The translations under genes and the position numbers were made by a program. The notes under the pieces were generated by a model. That model ran no database searches, was not told the DNA's origin, and worked only from the letters and a program-made list of their open reading frames with translations. This document shows, piece after piece, positions 46,742 to 56,874 of a DNA stretch of 64,000 nucleotides. The stretch covers positions 804,319 through 868,318 of the forward strand of contig JANRJQ010000004.1 of NCBI GenBank assembly GCA_033763895.1, in the 5' to 3' direction. The first letter of the stretch is position 1; every line of letters begins with the position of its first letter. This DNA is from Chloroherpetonaceae bacterium (GTDB lineage Bacteria; Bacteroidota; Chlorobiia; Chlorobiales; Thermochlorobacteraceae).

Positions 46742-47122
46742 TTACTTTTTAGCTGCTGCTTTCTTCTTACCTGCAACCGTCTTTCGCTTTCCTTTACGTG
46801 TACGCGCATTGGTTCGCGTTCTTTGACCCCTCACCGGCAAACCTCTCCGATGACGAAGTCCTCTATAGCAACCAATATCCATTAATCGCTTAATTGAAAG
46901 TTGCTGCTCACTTCTAGCTTGACCTTCAACACGGTATTCCGATGTAATAATGCTACGAATCGCATTCGCATCATCATCTGTCAGTTCTGCAATTTTTCGA
47001 TCTTCACTAATTTTAGCTTTTGCCAAAATTTTTTGAGCTGAAGATTTTCCAATTCCATAGATGTAAGTTAAACCAATAACCGAGCGCTTATTTCTCGGTA
47101 AATCCACCCCTGCTATACGCAT
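46742..47122 (-). CDS. rpsM: 30S ribosomal protein S13
   Basis: [25 protein letters not shown]...[16 protein letters not shown]. Confidence 0.97.
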   Translation of the reverse strand: MRIAGVDLPRNKRSVIGLTYIYGIGKSSAQKILAKAKISEDRKIAELTDDDANAIRSIITSEYRVEGQARSEQQLSIKRLMDIGCYRGLRHRRGLPVRGQRTRTNARTRKGKRKTVAGKKKAAAKK

Positions 47123-47157
47123 GTGCTCTTCTGTTTAATAATTGGGATTAATTGAAA

Positions 47158-47274
47158 TTACCCTTGGCGTTGTTTATGATTCGGGTTTTTCTTGCAAATC
47201 ACCAAAATTTTCCCATTTCTTTTGATAATCTTGCAACTCTCGCAACGCTTTTTAACCGATGAATAGACTTTCAT
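47158..47274 (-). CDS. rpmJ: 50S ribosomal protein L36 (Zn-ribbon type)
   Basis: Hand-translated 38 aa: [38 protein letters not shown]. Below the ORF-track cutoff. Confidence 0.93.
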   Translation of the reverse strand: MKVYSSVKKRCESCKIIKRNGKILVICKKNPNHKQRQG

Positions 47275-47370
47275 ATTGTGCTTCTCTTTTCTTGTTCCAG
47301 ACCTTTCTTTTCCCGTTAAGGTATATAAAAAAAGGGCGCAAAGATAAAAAAATATAACTTTCCAACCAAT

Positions 47371-47589
47371 TTATTTATAACGGTAGTTAATTCTACCCTT
47401 CGAGAGATCGTAAGGTGAAACTTCTACCCTTACACGGTCTCCCGGTAAGATTTTAATAAAATTCATTCTCATTTTTCCCGAAATATGTGCAAGAATTTCA
47501 AGGTTATTTTCAAGTTTTACCCTAAAACTTGCATTCGGGAGGGCTTCTAAAATAACCCCATCAATTTCAATTGCTTCTTCTTTCGCCAA
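47371..47589 (-). CDS. infA: translation initiation factor IF-1
   Basis: 72 aa: [29 protein letters not shown]...[16 protein letters not shown]. Confidence 0.97.
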   Translation of the reverse strand: MAKEEAIEIDGVILEALPNASFRVKLENNLEILAHISGKMRMNFIKILPGDRVRVEVSPYDLSKGRINYRYK

Positions 47590-47613
47590 ACGAATTAAAG
47601 ATTTAATGATGAA

Positions 47614-48444
47614 TTAGAGACTAACAAGTTGTTCAGCTCGTACCGCTTTAGTTTCGCTTCTTTTCAAGCGGGATATTGTTAAAACCTCTGCTCTATCTTT
47701 GCGAACGATAATCGTGTGCTCAAAGTGTGCGGAGGGTTTTCCATCCCCCGTAATGGCGGTCCAAGTGTCGGAACCAATTTTTGCTTTTCTTGACTTTCCA
47801 AGATTAATCATTGGTTCAATTGCTAGAGCCATCCCTTCTCTTAAAAATGTACCGGTTCCTCTTTTTCCTAGGTTTGGCACTGCAGGCTCTTCATGCAACC
47901 TTGTTCCAATACCGTGGCCAACCATATTTTCAATTATACCGTAGCCAAATTTTTCAGCGTTTTCCTGAATGGCTGCAGATATATCAAAGAGCCTCTTCCC
48001 TACAATAGCTTGTTCAATTCCCAATTCTAAACAGTGCTCTGTTTCTTCGACCATTTTTTTTATTTCAGGCTTTACCTCACCAACAATAAATGTTCTGGCA
48101 GAATCTGAGTGGTAACCATTCTTGAATGCGCCACAATCAACTGAAACAATATCGCCACTCTTAATTACGCGTTTCAAATTTGGTATCCCGTGTACAACCT
48201 CCTCGTTGATTGAGGTGCAAAGTGTAGCGGGATATGGTCTTGTCCCCACTGATCCTTTCGGAACATAATTCAAAAAACTTGGCAAAGCTCCTTGACCTCG
48301 AATAAATTCTTCGGCTAAAACATCCAAGTGCTTAGTTGTGATACCTTCTCGAATTTCTTGCTGTAACAAGTCAAGGGCCTCTGCAACAATTCGTCCGGCC
48401 TCACGCATCAGTTCAATCTCTTTTTCGCTTCGTGCCGTAATCAT
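47614..48444 (-). CDS. map: type I methionine aminopeptidase (with C-terminal extension)
   Basis: Metal-ligand context VVHGIP, DIVSVDCGA, GHGIG, LAIEPM, HFEHT. No adk gene lies between secY and map. Confidence 0.93.
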   Translation of the reverse strand: MITARSEKEIELMREAGRIVAEALDLLQQEIREGITTKHLDVLAEEFIRGQGALPSFLNYVPKGSVGTRPYPATLCTSINEEVVHGIPNLKRVIKSGDIVSVDCGAFKNGYHSDSARTFIVGEVKPEIKKMVEETEHCLELGIEQAIVGKRLFDISAAIQENAEKFGYGIIENMVGHGIGTRLHEEPAVPNLGKRGTGTFLREGMALAIEPMINLGKSRKAKIGSDTWTAITGDGKPSAHFEHTIIVRKDRAEVLTISRLKRSETKAVRAEQLVSL

Positions 48445-48447
48445 TTT

Positions 48448-49785
48448 TTAAGCGGTTGCGCTGCTACGACTTTTAATCCTTCCTGATTTCATAAATCCAT
48501 CGTAATGACGCATGAGTAAATGACTTTCAATCTGTTGCAAAGTATCTAATGCAACACCCACTATAATTAATAAACTGGTTCCTCCGAAGTATTGCGCAAA
48601 ACCCGGTGTCACATTCCCGAATTTGATTAAAATTGTCGGCAAAATTGCAATTAACGCAAGCGAGAAAGCGCCGGGCAATGTGATTCGGGTAAGAATATTA
48701 TCGATAAAATCAGATGTGCTTTTTCCCGGTCTGACGCCCGGAATAAATCCACCTTGCTTCTGCATTGTATCTGCAACATCTTTTGGATTAAATGCAATTG
48801 CAGTGTAAAAATAAGTAAAGAATACAATCAAGAGTCCAAACATGATCGCATATCCCCAAGAATCATATGCAATCCATTGGCTGACCCTTTGCATCGTTTC
48901 ACTTTCAGGAAAAAAGGAAATGAGCGTACTTGGTATAAACATGATGGATTGAGCGAAAATAATAGGCATAACACCAGCCGTATTGATTTTCATCGGGATG
49001 TATTGGGTTGAACCACCCACAACTTTTCGATTAACAACCCGCTTAGCGTATTGAACCGGGATTCGTCTAGTACCAACAGTAATGAATACGACAGCTGCGA
49101 TAATCGCGACCATAATCGCGAGGACAATTAATTCGATGATTATGTTCTTATTTCCAGAAGCCACCATCTGCCATTCTCCCACAAGTGACTGTGGAAAGCG
49201 CGCTAAAATTCCAATCATAATGATGAGCGAAATTCCATTTCCGATTCCACGCTCAGTAATTCGTTCACCTAACCACATTGTGAAAACAGTCGCAGCAGTT
49301 AATGTGAAAATGGTAGATATGGTAAATAAAAAACCGGGATCAGGAACAATGGATTGACCAAAAGACGATGGACTTTGCAAACTTACACTTAATCCCCACG
49401 CTTGTAGTGCCGCTACGAATACAGTTCCAAGTCTTGTGTATTGATTAATCTTTTTTCGCCCTTCTTCTCCTTCTTTTTGAAGCTTTTGGAAATAGGGTGC
49501 CACTGCACCCAAAAGTTGAATAATAATTGAAGCTGATATATATGGCATAATACCAAGCGCAAATACGGATGCGCGCTTGAATGCCCCACCGACGAATAAG
49601 TCAAAAAGTCCAAAAAGGTCATTACTTGGTCCTTGAGCTGCAGCTTGAACAGCAACGGCGTCGACTCCCGGAATCGTTACATGCGACCCAAGTCTGTAAA
49701 TGAAAAGAAGTGCTATCGTGTAAAGAATACGATCCTTCAACTCTTCAATTTTCCCGATGTTTCTTATACTTTCAAAAAGCTTCAT
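48448..49785 (-). CDS. secY: preprotein translocase subunit SecY
   Basis: 445 aa, 10 TM. FALGIMPYISASIIIQLL, GERITERGIGNGISLII. Confidence 0.97.
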   Translation of the reverse strand: MKLFESIRNIGKIEELKDRILYTIALLFIYRLGSHVTIPGVDAVAVQAAAQGPSNDLFGLFDLFVGGAFKRASVFALGIMPYISASIIIQLLGAVAPYFQKLQKEGEEGRKKINQYTRLGTVFVAALQAWGLSVSLQSPSSFGQSIVPDPGFLFTISTIFTLTAATVFTMWLGERITERGIGNGISLIIMIGILARFPQSLVGEWQMVASGNKNIIIELIVLAIMVAIIAAVVFITVGTRRIPVQYAKRVVNRKVVGGSTQYIPMKINTAGVMPIIFAQSIMFIPSTLISFFPESETMQRVSQWIAYDSWGYAIMFGLLIVFFTYFYTAIAFNPKDVADTMQKQGGFIPGVRPGKSTSDFIDNILTRITLPGAFSLALIAILPTILIKFGNVTPGFAQYFGGTSLLIIVGVALDTLQQIESHLLMRHYDGFMKSGRIKSRSSATA

Positions 49786-49830
49786 TCTCTATTGGGCATT
49801 ACGATTTACGGCGGCTCTTATTTAATTGCA

Positions 49831-50421
49831 TTATTTCGCGGTTTTTTTTGCTGCTGCTTTTTTCTTTTCAAGCTTTATGGCCTTTTTATGTTTTTCTACA
49901 CTTTTCTTAGGCGTTACCAAAGCCTTCAACACATCACCCGCGGATTTCATTGTCTCAGCTTCTGCCAGTGTTCTTTCAGCAATAATTATGCTTCCGCCAG
50001 CTTTTTCAATTTTTTCTTTCGCTACCGAACTAAAGGCATGTGCCGTAATTTTAATTGGCTTTGTTACTTCACCTTCCGAAAGTACTTTTAATTTCGTCCT
50101 TCGTCTTGCAACGCCTGCTTCAACGAGCGATTCAAGGGTCATTGTTGTGCTCAATTTTCCTTTTTCAACGAGCGCAATAAGATCGGCAATATTAATGACG
50201 TCGATAACTTGCTTATTTGGTGGTTCAAATCCGAATTTTGGTAATCTCCGAACCAATGGCATTTGTCCCCCTTCTTTAAAGGAACTAGAATAACCGCTTC
50301 TCGCCTTATGACCTTTATTCCCTTTGCCGGCTGTTGTACCATTTCCGGAACCCGGACCACGTCCGACTCGTTTTCTTGCTTTTCTTGAACCGGCTGCCGG
50401 CTTGAGTGAATGTAAATTCAT
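49831..50421 (-). CDS. rplO: 50S ribosomal protein L15 (Lys/Ala-rich C-terminal extension)
   Basis: MNLHSLKPAAGSRKARKRVGRGPGSGNGTTAGKGNKG. At 196 aa it is longer than typical. Confidence 0.95.
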   Translation of the reverse strand: MNLHSLKPAAGSRKARKRVGRGPGSGNGTTAGKGNKGHKARSGYSSSFKEGGQMPLVRRLPKFGFEPPNKQVIDVINIADLIALVEKGKLSTTMTLESLVEAGVARRRTKLKVLSEGEVTKPIKITAHAFSSVAKEKIEKAGGSIIIAERTLAEAETMKSAGDVLKALVTPKKSVEKHKKAIKLEKKKAAAKKTAK

Positions 50422-50453
50422 GTTATTATTATCTCTTTAATAGAATACTCGTG

Positions 50454-50651
50454 TTATCCTAATTTTTCAACTTTAATCAAGTGATTGACTTTACTGATCT
50501 GACCCAGTACTCGGGGGTCATTTGTTCTTTCCACACTTTGATTCGGACGGCCTAAACCTAATGCTTGAATTGTGGCCTTCTGACGACTCGTTGCCTTGAT
50601 TGTGCTTTTTACTTGTGTAATTTTAAGCGTATTCTTCTTTTTCTCTGACAT
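50454..50651 (-). CDS. rpmD: 50S ribosomal protein L30
   Basis: LKITQVKSTIKATSRQKATIQALGLGR, plus operon position. Confidence 0.93.
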   Translation of the reverse strand: MSEKKKNTLKITQVKSTIKATSRQKATIQALGLGRPNQSVERTNDPRVLGQISKVNHLIKVEKLG

Positions 50652-50664
50652 TTTTTATCCAATC

Positions 50665-51177
50665 TTAACTTTCAAATACTTCTTTTAATGTCTTGCTTCT
50701 TCTAAATCCAACCTCCTGAGCATTTGAAAGGCTTAACAGACCTTTCACCGTTGCTTTAACCACATTATGTGGATTTGAAGAGCCTAGCGATTTGGTTAAT
50801 ACATCTTTTACGCCCGCACTTTCTAAAACTGCACGAACAGCACCACCGGCGATTAGCCCCGTACCCGGTGTTGCCGGTTTCATTAATATTTTTGCTGCAC
50901 CAAACTTCACATACACCTCGTGCGGGATGGTTCCTTTGTGAATCGGAACTTCCATTACATTCTTTTTGGCATTTTCAGTTCCTTTGGCGATTGCGTCTTG
51001 TGCTTCGTTGGCTTTACCAAGTCCATAGCCGACATGTCCGTTTCCGTCTCCAACTACAACGATTGCATTAAAACCGAAACGTTTACCACCTTTTACAACT
51101 TTTGCCGTACGATTTACTTCAACTAATCTTTCTTTAAGATCAAGTTCGCCGGGTTTTATTCTTTTTTGCTTTGCCAT
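50665..51177 (-). CDS. rpsE: 30S ribosomal protein S5
   Basis: [36 protein letters not shown]. Confidence 0.97.
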   Translation of the reverse strand: MAKQKRIKPGELDLKERLVEVNRTAKVVKGGKRFGFNAIVVVGDGNGHVGYGLGKANEAQDAIAKGTENAKKNVMEVPIHKGTIPHEVYVKFGAAKILMKPATPGTGLIAGGAVRAVLESAGVKDVLTKSLGSSNPHNVVKATVKGLLSLSNAQEVGFRRSKTLKEVFES

Positions 51178-51197
51178 TACCGCAATTAAATTTTCAG

Positions 51198-51563
51198 TTA
51201 GAATTCAAGTCCAGCTGATCGAGCACCATCAGCTAATGCTTTTACACGACCGTGATATCGATATCCGTTTCGGTCGAAGACCACCTGTTTAATTCCAAGT
51301 CCCTTTGCTTTTTCTGCCAATTCTTTACCAACCCATTCGCTGACTTCTGACTTCTTTTTTCCCTTGAGTGTGGTAGTGGCAGTTTTGCCTAATGAACCAG
51401 CAGCACAAAGCGTTTGGCCTGTTTCGTCATTAATGACTTGCGCGTAAATAAATCGCAAGCTACGAAATATTGATAGACGAGGGCGTTCCGAAGTTCCATA
51501 TACTTTCTTTCGAACGCGCTTTTTTATTTTAACTCTCTTTTCTGCTTTTACAATTGGATTCAT
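51198..51563 (-). CDS. rplR: 50S ribosomal protein L18
   Basis: [26 protein letters not shown]...[28 protein letters not shown]. Confidence 0.97.
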   Translation of the reverse strand: MNPIVKAEKRVKIKKRVRKKVYGTSERPRLSIFRSLRFIYAQVINDETGQTLCAAGSLGKTATTTLKGKKKSEVSEWVGKELAEKAKGLGIKQVVFDRNGYRYHGRVKALADGARSAGLEF

Positions 51564-51604
51564 TTTTCATATAGGCGATATTGGCCGCCTGTTTTGATTA
51601 GCGA

Positions 51605-52150
51605 TTATTTACCTGCTGTTTTACCTTCTTTGCGTCTTACGGCTTCGCCTTCAAAGCGAATCCCTTTACCTTGATACGGCTCAGGTTTTCTGAACGATCG
51701 AATTTTGGATGCAACCTCACCCACCATACGCTTGTCAATTCCTGAAATCAAGATGTTTGTCGGCGATGGTGCTTCAACTTTAACTCCATCTGGCGCTTTG
51801 AATGCTATTTGATGCGAATAACCGACCGAAAGAACCAAGTAACTTTGTTTCATTTCAGCCTTAAAACCAACACCCACAATTTCTAATTTCTTTGAATACC
51901 CTTGGGTTACTCCAATAATCATATTATTGAGGAGCGCTCGATATAAACCGTGAAACGCTTTTGTCTGCTTATCTTCAGCATCTCCACGGTTAATTACAAT
52001 GGTATTGTCTTTTACTTCAACAGCGAGTTTATCGGTATTGAATACTTGCGAAAGCTCTCCTTTTGGACCGGTAACTTTGAGCACTTGATTCTTATACTCA
52101 ACCTTAACGCCTTTTGGAAGTTCAACAGGTTTTTTTCCTATTCTTGACAT
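51605..52150 (-). CDS. rplF: 50S ribosomal protein L6
   Basis: MSRIGKKPVELPKGVKVE...VGVGFKA...PEPYQGKGIR. Confidence 0.97.
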   Translation of the reverse strand: MSRIGKKPVELPKGVKVEYKNQVLKVTGPKGELSQVFNTDKLAVEVKDNTIVINRGDAEDKQTKAFHGLYRALLNNMIIGVTQGYSKKLEIVGVGFKAEMKQSYLVLSVGYSHQIAFKAPDGVKVEAPSPTNILISGIDKRMVGEVASKIRSFRKPEPYQGKGIRFEGEAVRRKEGKTAGK

Positions 52151-52173
52151 AGTTCTTCTTGGGTCAGTAAGAT

Positions 52174-52569
52174 TTAGTGAATTCTGAAAAGTACTTCTCC
52201 GCCAATACCGGCCGCACGGGCTTCTTTATCTGTCATAAGTCCGCGTGAAGTCGATACAACGGATAGACCTAACCCTCTCAAATAGGGTTTAATTTCTTTG
52301 TTTGTGTAAACTCTTCGGCCTGAAGTACTGATTCGATCAAGAGATTTTATGGCGTGTTGACCATAAGCATCGTACTTTAGGTGCACTCGAAGGGTTGGAA
52401 AGTTATTGATGCTTTCAACCGAAAAGTCACGAATGTACCCTTTATCTTTTAGAAGCCTTGAAATCGCGACTTTAAGCTTCGAAGATGGAACATCCAAACT
52501 TTTGTGTTTGGCTTTTGCTGCATTACGAATTCTCGTCAAGTAGTCAGCAACAGGATCTTGTACTGGCAT
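52174..52569 (-). CDS. rpsH: 30S ribosomal protein S8
   Basis: DPVADYLTRIRNA...GLSVVSTSRGLMTDKEARAAGIGGEVL. Confidence 0.97.
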   Translation of the reverse strand: MPVQDPVADYLTRIRNAAKAKHKSLDVPSSKLKVAISRLLKDKGYIRDFSVESINNFPTLRVHLKYDAYGQHAIKSLDRISTSGRRVYTNKEIKPYLRGLGLSVVSTSRGLMTDKEARAAGIGGEVLFRIH

Positions 52570-52662
52570 AGATATTGGTGAATTCTGCGCGTTCCGTCGG
52601 AGATGACGGCGGCCGCAGGTTATCGGAATAGATTACAATTGTCCCTTTCGGGAAGCAAAACT

Positions 52663-52932
52663 TTACCAGCTTGCTTTTTTCATACCCGGTATCTTACCGG
52701 AAAGTGCCATATCACGAAATTGATGACGGCATAACATAAATTTTTTATACACACCTCTAGGCCGACCTGTCATACTGCAACGGTTTCTAACCCGAGTCGG
52801 TGAACTGTTTCGAGGTAATTCTCGAATTGCTTCAACATCACCCTTTTTCTTCAGCTCTTCACGAATCGCAGCGTATTTTTCAACCATCGCTTTGCGTTTT
52901 TCGTTACGAACCACAACGCTTTTCTTCGCCAT
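52663..52932 (-). CDS. rpsN: 30S ribosomal protein S14 (89-aa form)
   Basis: [14 protein letters not shown]...[40 protein letters not shown]. Confidence 0.95.
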   Translation of the reverse strand: MAKKSVVVRNEKRKAMVEKYAAIREELKKKGDVEAIRELPRNSSPTRVRNRCSMTGRPRGVYKKFMLCRHQFRDMALSGKIPGMKKASW

Positions 52933-52954
52933 AAAATTGTTGAATTCTCTATTT

Positions 52955-53587
52955 TTAATTCTTTTTTCTAAAGGGCATGCCTAATTCCTTCAATAGTGCA
53001 TACGCTTCTTCATCTGTTTGTGCATTTGTCACAAAAGTAACATCCATACCTGAGATTTTTGGCACTTTATCGATATCGATTTCTGGAAAAATAATTTGCT
53101 CACGAATTCCTAACGTATAATTTCCTCTTCCGTCAAAACTGCTATCACTCACCCCTTTGAAATCTCGAATACGTGGTATCGCTAAAGAAATTAAGCGGTC
53201 AAGAAATTCGTACATTTTTTCTTTTCTGAGCGTAACGCGGCAACCAATGGCTTGATTTTCACGAAGCTTGAAATTTGAAATCGCTTTTTTCGATTTGCGA
53301 ATATCTGGTTTTTGCCCGCTAATTTGACTTAATTCCTTAACAGCCGTTTCAAGTAACTTTGGATCGCTTGCTGCTTCACCAACACCAATGTTGATGCTGA
53401 TTTTTTTTAACCTCGGGACCATCATCACATTGTCGTACTTGAATTGGTCCATCAATTTCTTGACAACTTCTTCCTTATACTTTAATGCAAGCCTTGGCTT
53501 TGGTGCAGGTTCATTAGAAAGCGGTACCACTACGCGCGCGGCTTCCTCCTGCTTTTTTTTCGATTTTTTTTGTTCTTTTTCGGCCAT
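52955..53587 (-). CDS. rplE: 50S ribosomal protein L5 (N-terminal extension)
   Basis: [15 protein letters not shown]...[20 protein letters not shown]. About 25 extra Lys/Glu-rich N-terminal residues. Confidence 0.95.
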   Translation of the reverse strand: MAEKEQKKSKKKQEEAARVVVPLSNEPAPKPRLALKYKEEVVKKLMDQFKYDNVMMVPRLKKISINIGVGEAASDPKLLETAVKELSQISGQKPDIRKSKKAISNFKLRENQAIGCRVTLRKEKMYEFLDRLISLAIPRIRDFKGVSDSSFDGRGNYTLGIREQIIFPEIDIDKVPKISGMDVTFVTNAQTDEEAYALLKELGMPFRKKN

Positions 53588-53629
53588 TCTCAGTAATAAT
53601 ATGAAACGGTCTTGGTCGTTTCTGATTAA

Positions 53630-53884
53630 TTAAACTTTTTTCACATTTGATGCATGAATTGGCATTTCTCGTTCAACAATAGCCCCTTGAGGTTGTGTCC
53701 TTGTTGGACGCTGATGCTTTTTTCGTACATTGACGCCTTCAATAATGACGCGGTTTTCTTCCGGAATAACACGAAGAACTTTTCCGGTTTTACCTTTGTC
53801 GTTACCTGCAATAACTTGAACGTTGTCGTTCTTTTTAACGTGTACTTTTGGTCTTATGGTGCCTAATTTCATTGTTATCTGCAA
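53630..53884 (-). CDS. rplX: 50S ribosomal protein L24
   Basis: [27 protein letters not shown] (KOW motif). The true start is probably MKLGT at 53872. Confidence 0.93.
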   Translation of the reverse strand: MQITMKLGTIRPKVHVKKNDNVQVIAGNDKGKTGKVLRVIPEENRVIIEGVNVRKKHQRPTRTQPQGAIVEREMPIHASNVKKV

Positions 53885-53954
53885 TTCAGATTGTAGCCGG
53901 TCGAGCTGGTTTTTTTTCTATTCTTGAACCGAGCGTTTATGCTTCGGTAACTTG

Positions 53955-54027
53955 AGCGAGAGACGGGATTCGAACCCGCGACCAACAGCTTGGAAGGCTG
54001 TGACTCTACCAGCTGAGTTACTCTCGC
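53955..54027 (-). tRNA. tRNA-Gly (anticodon UCC), no encoded CCA
   Basis: Hand-folded cloverleaf: acceptor GCGAGAG/CUCUCGC, D arm ACUC-AGCUGGUA-GAGU, anticodon arm ACAGC-CUUCCAA-GCUGU, variable loop UGGUC, T arm GCGGG-UUCGAAU-CCCGU, discriminator U73. Confidence 0.9.
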
Positions 54028-54097
54028 TTGTAAGCCTTAACGAAATACCCTTAAAAAAAGGGTTGCAAAGATAGCAAACCTTTTTGAATAAAAAAAT

Positions 54098-54466
54098 TTA
54101 AATTACTTCTGGTGCCAAAGAAATTATTTTTGCATAATTCCGATCTCTCAATTCGCGTGCGATTGGTCCAAAAATTCTTGTTCCCTTTGGCTCACCTGTT
54201 GCGTTAATCAATACCACCGCATTATCGTCAAAGCGAACATAAGAACCGTCTTTACGGCGGTGTTCTTTTCGTGTTCTAACAACAACGGCTCTTGAAACAT
54301 CTTTTTTCTTCACTGTTCCACCCGGAATAGCAGCCTTGACAGAGACAACCACAACATCGCCAATACCGGCATAACGGCGATGAGTTCCTCCCGGAACGTG
54401 GATAACGCGAACCTTTTTTGCTCCGCTGTTATCGGCTACTATTAAGTTAGTTTCGTTTTGAATCAT
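54098..54466 (-). CDS. rplN: 50S ribosomal protein L14
   Basis: [24 protein letters not shown]...GPIARELR. Confidence 0.97.
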   Translation of the reverse strand: MIQNETNLIVADNSGAKKVRVIHVPGGTHRRYAGIGDVVVVSVKAAIPGGTVKKKDVSRAVVVRTRKEHRRKDGSYVRFDDNAVVLINATGEPKGTRIFGPIARELRDRNYAKIISLAPEVI

Positions 54467-54511
54467 AGCGTTATTCTAAAAATTTCGATTTGATAGAGTC
54501 GATTTTCGACT

Positions 54512-54835
54512 TTATTTGGCTTTTTCTACAATTTCAACTAAACGCCAACTTTTTCTTTTCGAAAGAGGGCGGCATTCGGTAATCAAGACTTTATCACCAA
54601 TTTTGGCTTCATTTTTTTCGTCATGAGCCATAATACGCGTGGTCTTTTTGAAGTATTTTTTATAAATCGGATGTTGGACGCGGCGTTCAATTGCAACCAC
54701 AATACCTTTTTCCATTTTATTGCTCACAACAAGACCGATTTTCTCTTTTCTTGTACTTCTTTTTGGAGCATTTGCCGAGCTGCTCTTCTCGTTTGTAATG
54801 GTTGTATTTTGCTCTGACATGTTATTCGTACTCAA
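54512..54835 (-). CDS. rpsQ: 30S ribosomal protein S17 (N-terminal extension)
   Basis: [42 protein letters not shown]...[16 protein letters not shown]. Confidence 0.95.
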   Translation of the reverse strand: MSTNNMSEQNTTITNEKSSSANAPKRSTRKEKIGLVVSNKMEKGIVVAIERRVQHPIYKKYFKKTTRIMAHDEKNEAKIGDKVLITECRPLSKRKSWRLVEIVEKAK

Positions 54836-54844
54836 TTGGTTGCG

Positions 54845-55057
54845 TTACTTTGTTTTTTCAGCTTCAATCGCTAATTTCTTTTTATTCAGTGCGGTTTTCA
54901 TTCTCGCAATGTCTTTACGCAAGTTGCGCACTTCGCTTGTATTTTGCGGTGGTTCGGTTGCTTTTTTGAAAACAATTTCGGCAATCAGTTTTTGGGCTTC
55001 ATTAATTCTTTCTTTCATTTCTGATTCGGAAAGAGCCGCAATTTCATATTTTTTCAT
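54845..55057 (-). CDS. rpmC: 50S ribosomal protein L29
   Basis: 70 aa, helical, NLRKDIARMKT pattern, plus operon position between rplP and rpsQ. Confidence 0.9.
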   Translation of the reverse strand: MKKYEIAALSESEMKERINEAQKLIAEIVFKKATEPPQNTSEVRNLRKDIARMKTALNKKKLAIEAEKTK

Positions 55058-55083
55058 CGTCGCTTAGTTTTTAGCTTCAATTT

Positions 55084-55518
55084 TTATTTTTTTTCTGCGA
55101 TTTCTTCGTAGTCTGGCCGAGTTACGATTTTTGTTCTCACAGGCAATTTTGACGCTGCAAGTCGAAAAGCTTCCTCAGCGATTGCTTTCGTTACTCCATC
55201 TATTTCAAACATAATTCGTCCGGGCTTTACTGGGGCAACCCAAAATTCTGGCGCTCCTTTTCCACTACCCATACGAGTTTCCGCCGGTTTTTTTGTAACC
55301 GGTTTATCTGGAAAAATACGAATCCACGAACGCCCATCACGCTTCATAAAACGTGTCATTGCAACACGTGCTGCTTCTATTTGTCGACTTGTAATCCACG
55401 CTTGCTCGAGAGTTTTAAGTCCAAATGAACCGAAAGCGATATCTGTTCCCCGAGTTTCATTGCCTTTCATTTTACCGCGTTGTGTACGGCGAAACTTGAC
55501 GCGTTTTGGCATCAACAT
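55084..55518 (-). CDS. rplP: 50S ribosomal protein L16
   Basis: [19 protein letters not shown]...[24 protein letters not shown]. Confidence 0.97.
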   Translation of the reverse strand: MLMPKRVKFRRTQRGKMKGNETRGTDIAFGSFGLKTLEQAWITSRQIEAARVAMTRFMKRDGRSWIRIFPDKPVTKKPAETRMGSGKGAPEFWVAPVKPGRIMFEIDGVTKAIAEEAFRLAASKLPVRTKIVTRPDYEEIAEKK

Positions 55519-55542
55519 AATTAGGTCTCCTAATAAATAATA

Positions 55543-56382
55543 TTAATTTTCAGATCCGGTCTCAGTTTCCGGTGCTCCCTCGGAGCCCCCACCTTGATTT
55601 CCTTTGCGAGGTCCACCTTTACCTCTTCGGCGTTTACGATTGGCGTTATTGTTGCCACCGCGATCGTCTCGGCGTCCACGACTTCTATTTTGTTCGCGAC
55701 GGTCTTTTACTTTTTGCTTTTCTTCTTCTTCGATGGTATCAATTCTTTGGACCAACACTTCGCCTTTGTAAATCCACACTTTAATTCCAACTGTCCCTGT
55801 AATCGTAAATGCAGTGGATTGAGCGTAGTCGATATTTGCTCTTAGGGTATGAAGCGGAACGCTGCCTTCTTTGTATTTTTCCATACGAGCGATTTCAGCT
55901 CCTCCTAAACGACCGCTCACTTGAACGCGAATTCCCTCGGCACCTGCTCGCTCTGCTTGTTGCAGGGCTTGTTTCATTGCGCGTCGGAAAGACACACGAC
56001 CTTCAAGTTGTGAAGCAATGTTATCACCTACAAGTTGTGCATCTAATTCCGGTTTCTTGATTTCGATAACATCTATTTTTACTTCTTTTTGAGTAATCTT
56101 ACCCAGTTCTTGGGCTAAAGTGTTGATTTCTTCGCCACTTTTCCCGACAACAGCTCCCGGTCTCGCTGCATAAATGTAGAGCTTGACATTTTTTGTTGTC
56201 CGTTCAATTACAACTTTTGATACACCTGCTTTTTGTCTTTTCAAGCGGGTAATTACATAGTTTCTGATGGTTTGATCTTCCTTCAGTTTGGATGCGATGT
56301 TACCGGTATTGTCGTACCAGCGCGAATCCCAATCTTTGATGATTCCTAATCTGAAACCGATTGGATGTACTTTCTGTCCCAA
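55543..56382 (-). CDS. rpsC: 30S ribosomal protein S3 (Arg/Gly-rich C-terminal extension)
   Basis: I chose a TTG start at 56382 ([15 protein letters not shown]) with AGGGAG upstream. The longer ORF to 56472 would overlap rplV. KH domain and [10 protein letters not shown] motif. Confidence 0.93.
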   Translation of the reverse strand: MGQKVHPIGFRLGIIKDWDSRWYDNTGNIASKLKEDQTIRNYVITRLKRQKAGVSKVVIERTTKNVKLYIYAARPGAVVGKSGEEINTLAQELGKITQKEVKIDVIEIKKPELDAQLVGDNIASQLEGRVSFRRAMKQALQQAERAGAEGIRVQVSGRLGGAEIARMEKYKEGSVPLHTLRANIDYAQSTAFTITGTVGIKVWIYKGEVLVQRIDTIEEEEKQKVKDRREQNRSRGRRDDRGGNNNANRKRRRGKGGPRKGNQGGGSEGAPETETGSEN

Positions 56383-56398
56383 GAGTGCTCCCTTTGGT

Positions 56399-56857
56399 TT
56401 ATGCTGTTTTTGGTAATTCCTTTTTGCGAGATACTGGCTTTTGTGCTTTCGCGATGCCACGCAATTTGTCAACCGTAATTGTCAAGTGATTAGAGCGCTT
56501 TCTAATCCGATATGCGCGGCCCATAGGTGCAGGTGAAATTCTTTTCACCGTAACTCCTTGATCGACTGAAACATTTTTTACTACCAATTGATCTTCACTT
56601 AGTGTAAGATTTGGATTTTTTGCAGTAAAATTTGCTATAGCTGATTTCAGGGCTAAAAGTGCTGTTCTTCCGCTATGCCGTGTTGTATTTTGCAAGATTG
56701 CTTTTGCTTCTGATACTTTTTTTCCTCGAATCATAGATACGGTAATTCTCATTTTCCGCGTTGAAGTTGGCACATGAGAAAGGGAAGCGGTAGCTTGCTG
56801 CTGACTCTTTTTGGCTTCTTTTCTTTTTTCTGATGATTCTCTTTTTCTAACACCCAT
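56399..56857 (-). CDS. rplV: 50S ribosomal protein L22 (extended termini)
   Basis: [22 protein letters not shown]...[30 protein letters not shown]. Confidence 0.95.
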   Translation of the reverse strand: MGVRKRESSEKRKEAKKSQQQATASLSHVPTSTRKMRITVSMIRGKKVSEAKAILQNTTRHSGRTALLALKSAIANFTAKNPNLTLSEDQLVVKNVSVDQGVTVKRISPAPMGRAYRIRKRSNHLTITVDKLRGIAKAQKPVSRKKELPKTA

Positions 56858-56874
56858 TTGGACTCTCCTGATGT

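Noticed and set aside
47590-48447. Absence of adk between secY and map as a possible deletion
   Set aside because: The junctions are tight (3 nt secY-map, 24 nt map-infA) with no remnant. secY-map-infA without adk is, to my knowledge, a normal layout in several non-proteobacterial lineages, so it is not anomalous.
53896-53918. Plus-strand CCGG-tcgag-CTGG hairpin followed by T8, resembling a terminator
   Set aside because: No plus-strand gene precedes it. On the expressed minus strand it reads as an A-run followed by a weak stem, which is not a terminator. It is probably just the tRNA 3' trailer and rplX leader.
55543-56472. Longer S3 ORF (309 aa) starting at 56472 and overlapping rplV by 74 nt
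   Set aside because: The extra N-terminal residues ([15 protein letters not shown]...) are unlike S3. The conserved S3 N-terminus [12 protein letters not shown] follows a TTG at 56382 with an AGGGAG SD, leaving a normal 16-nt gap after rplV.
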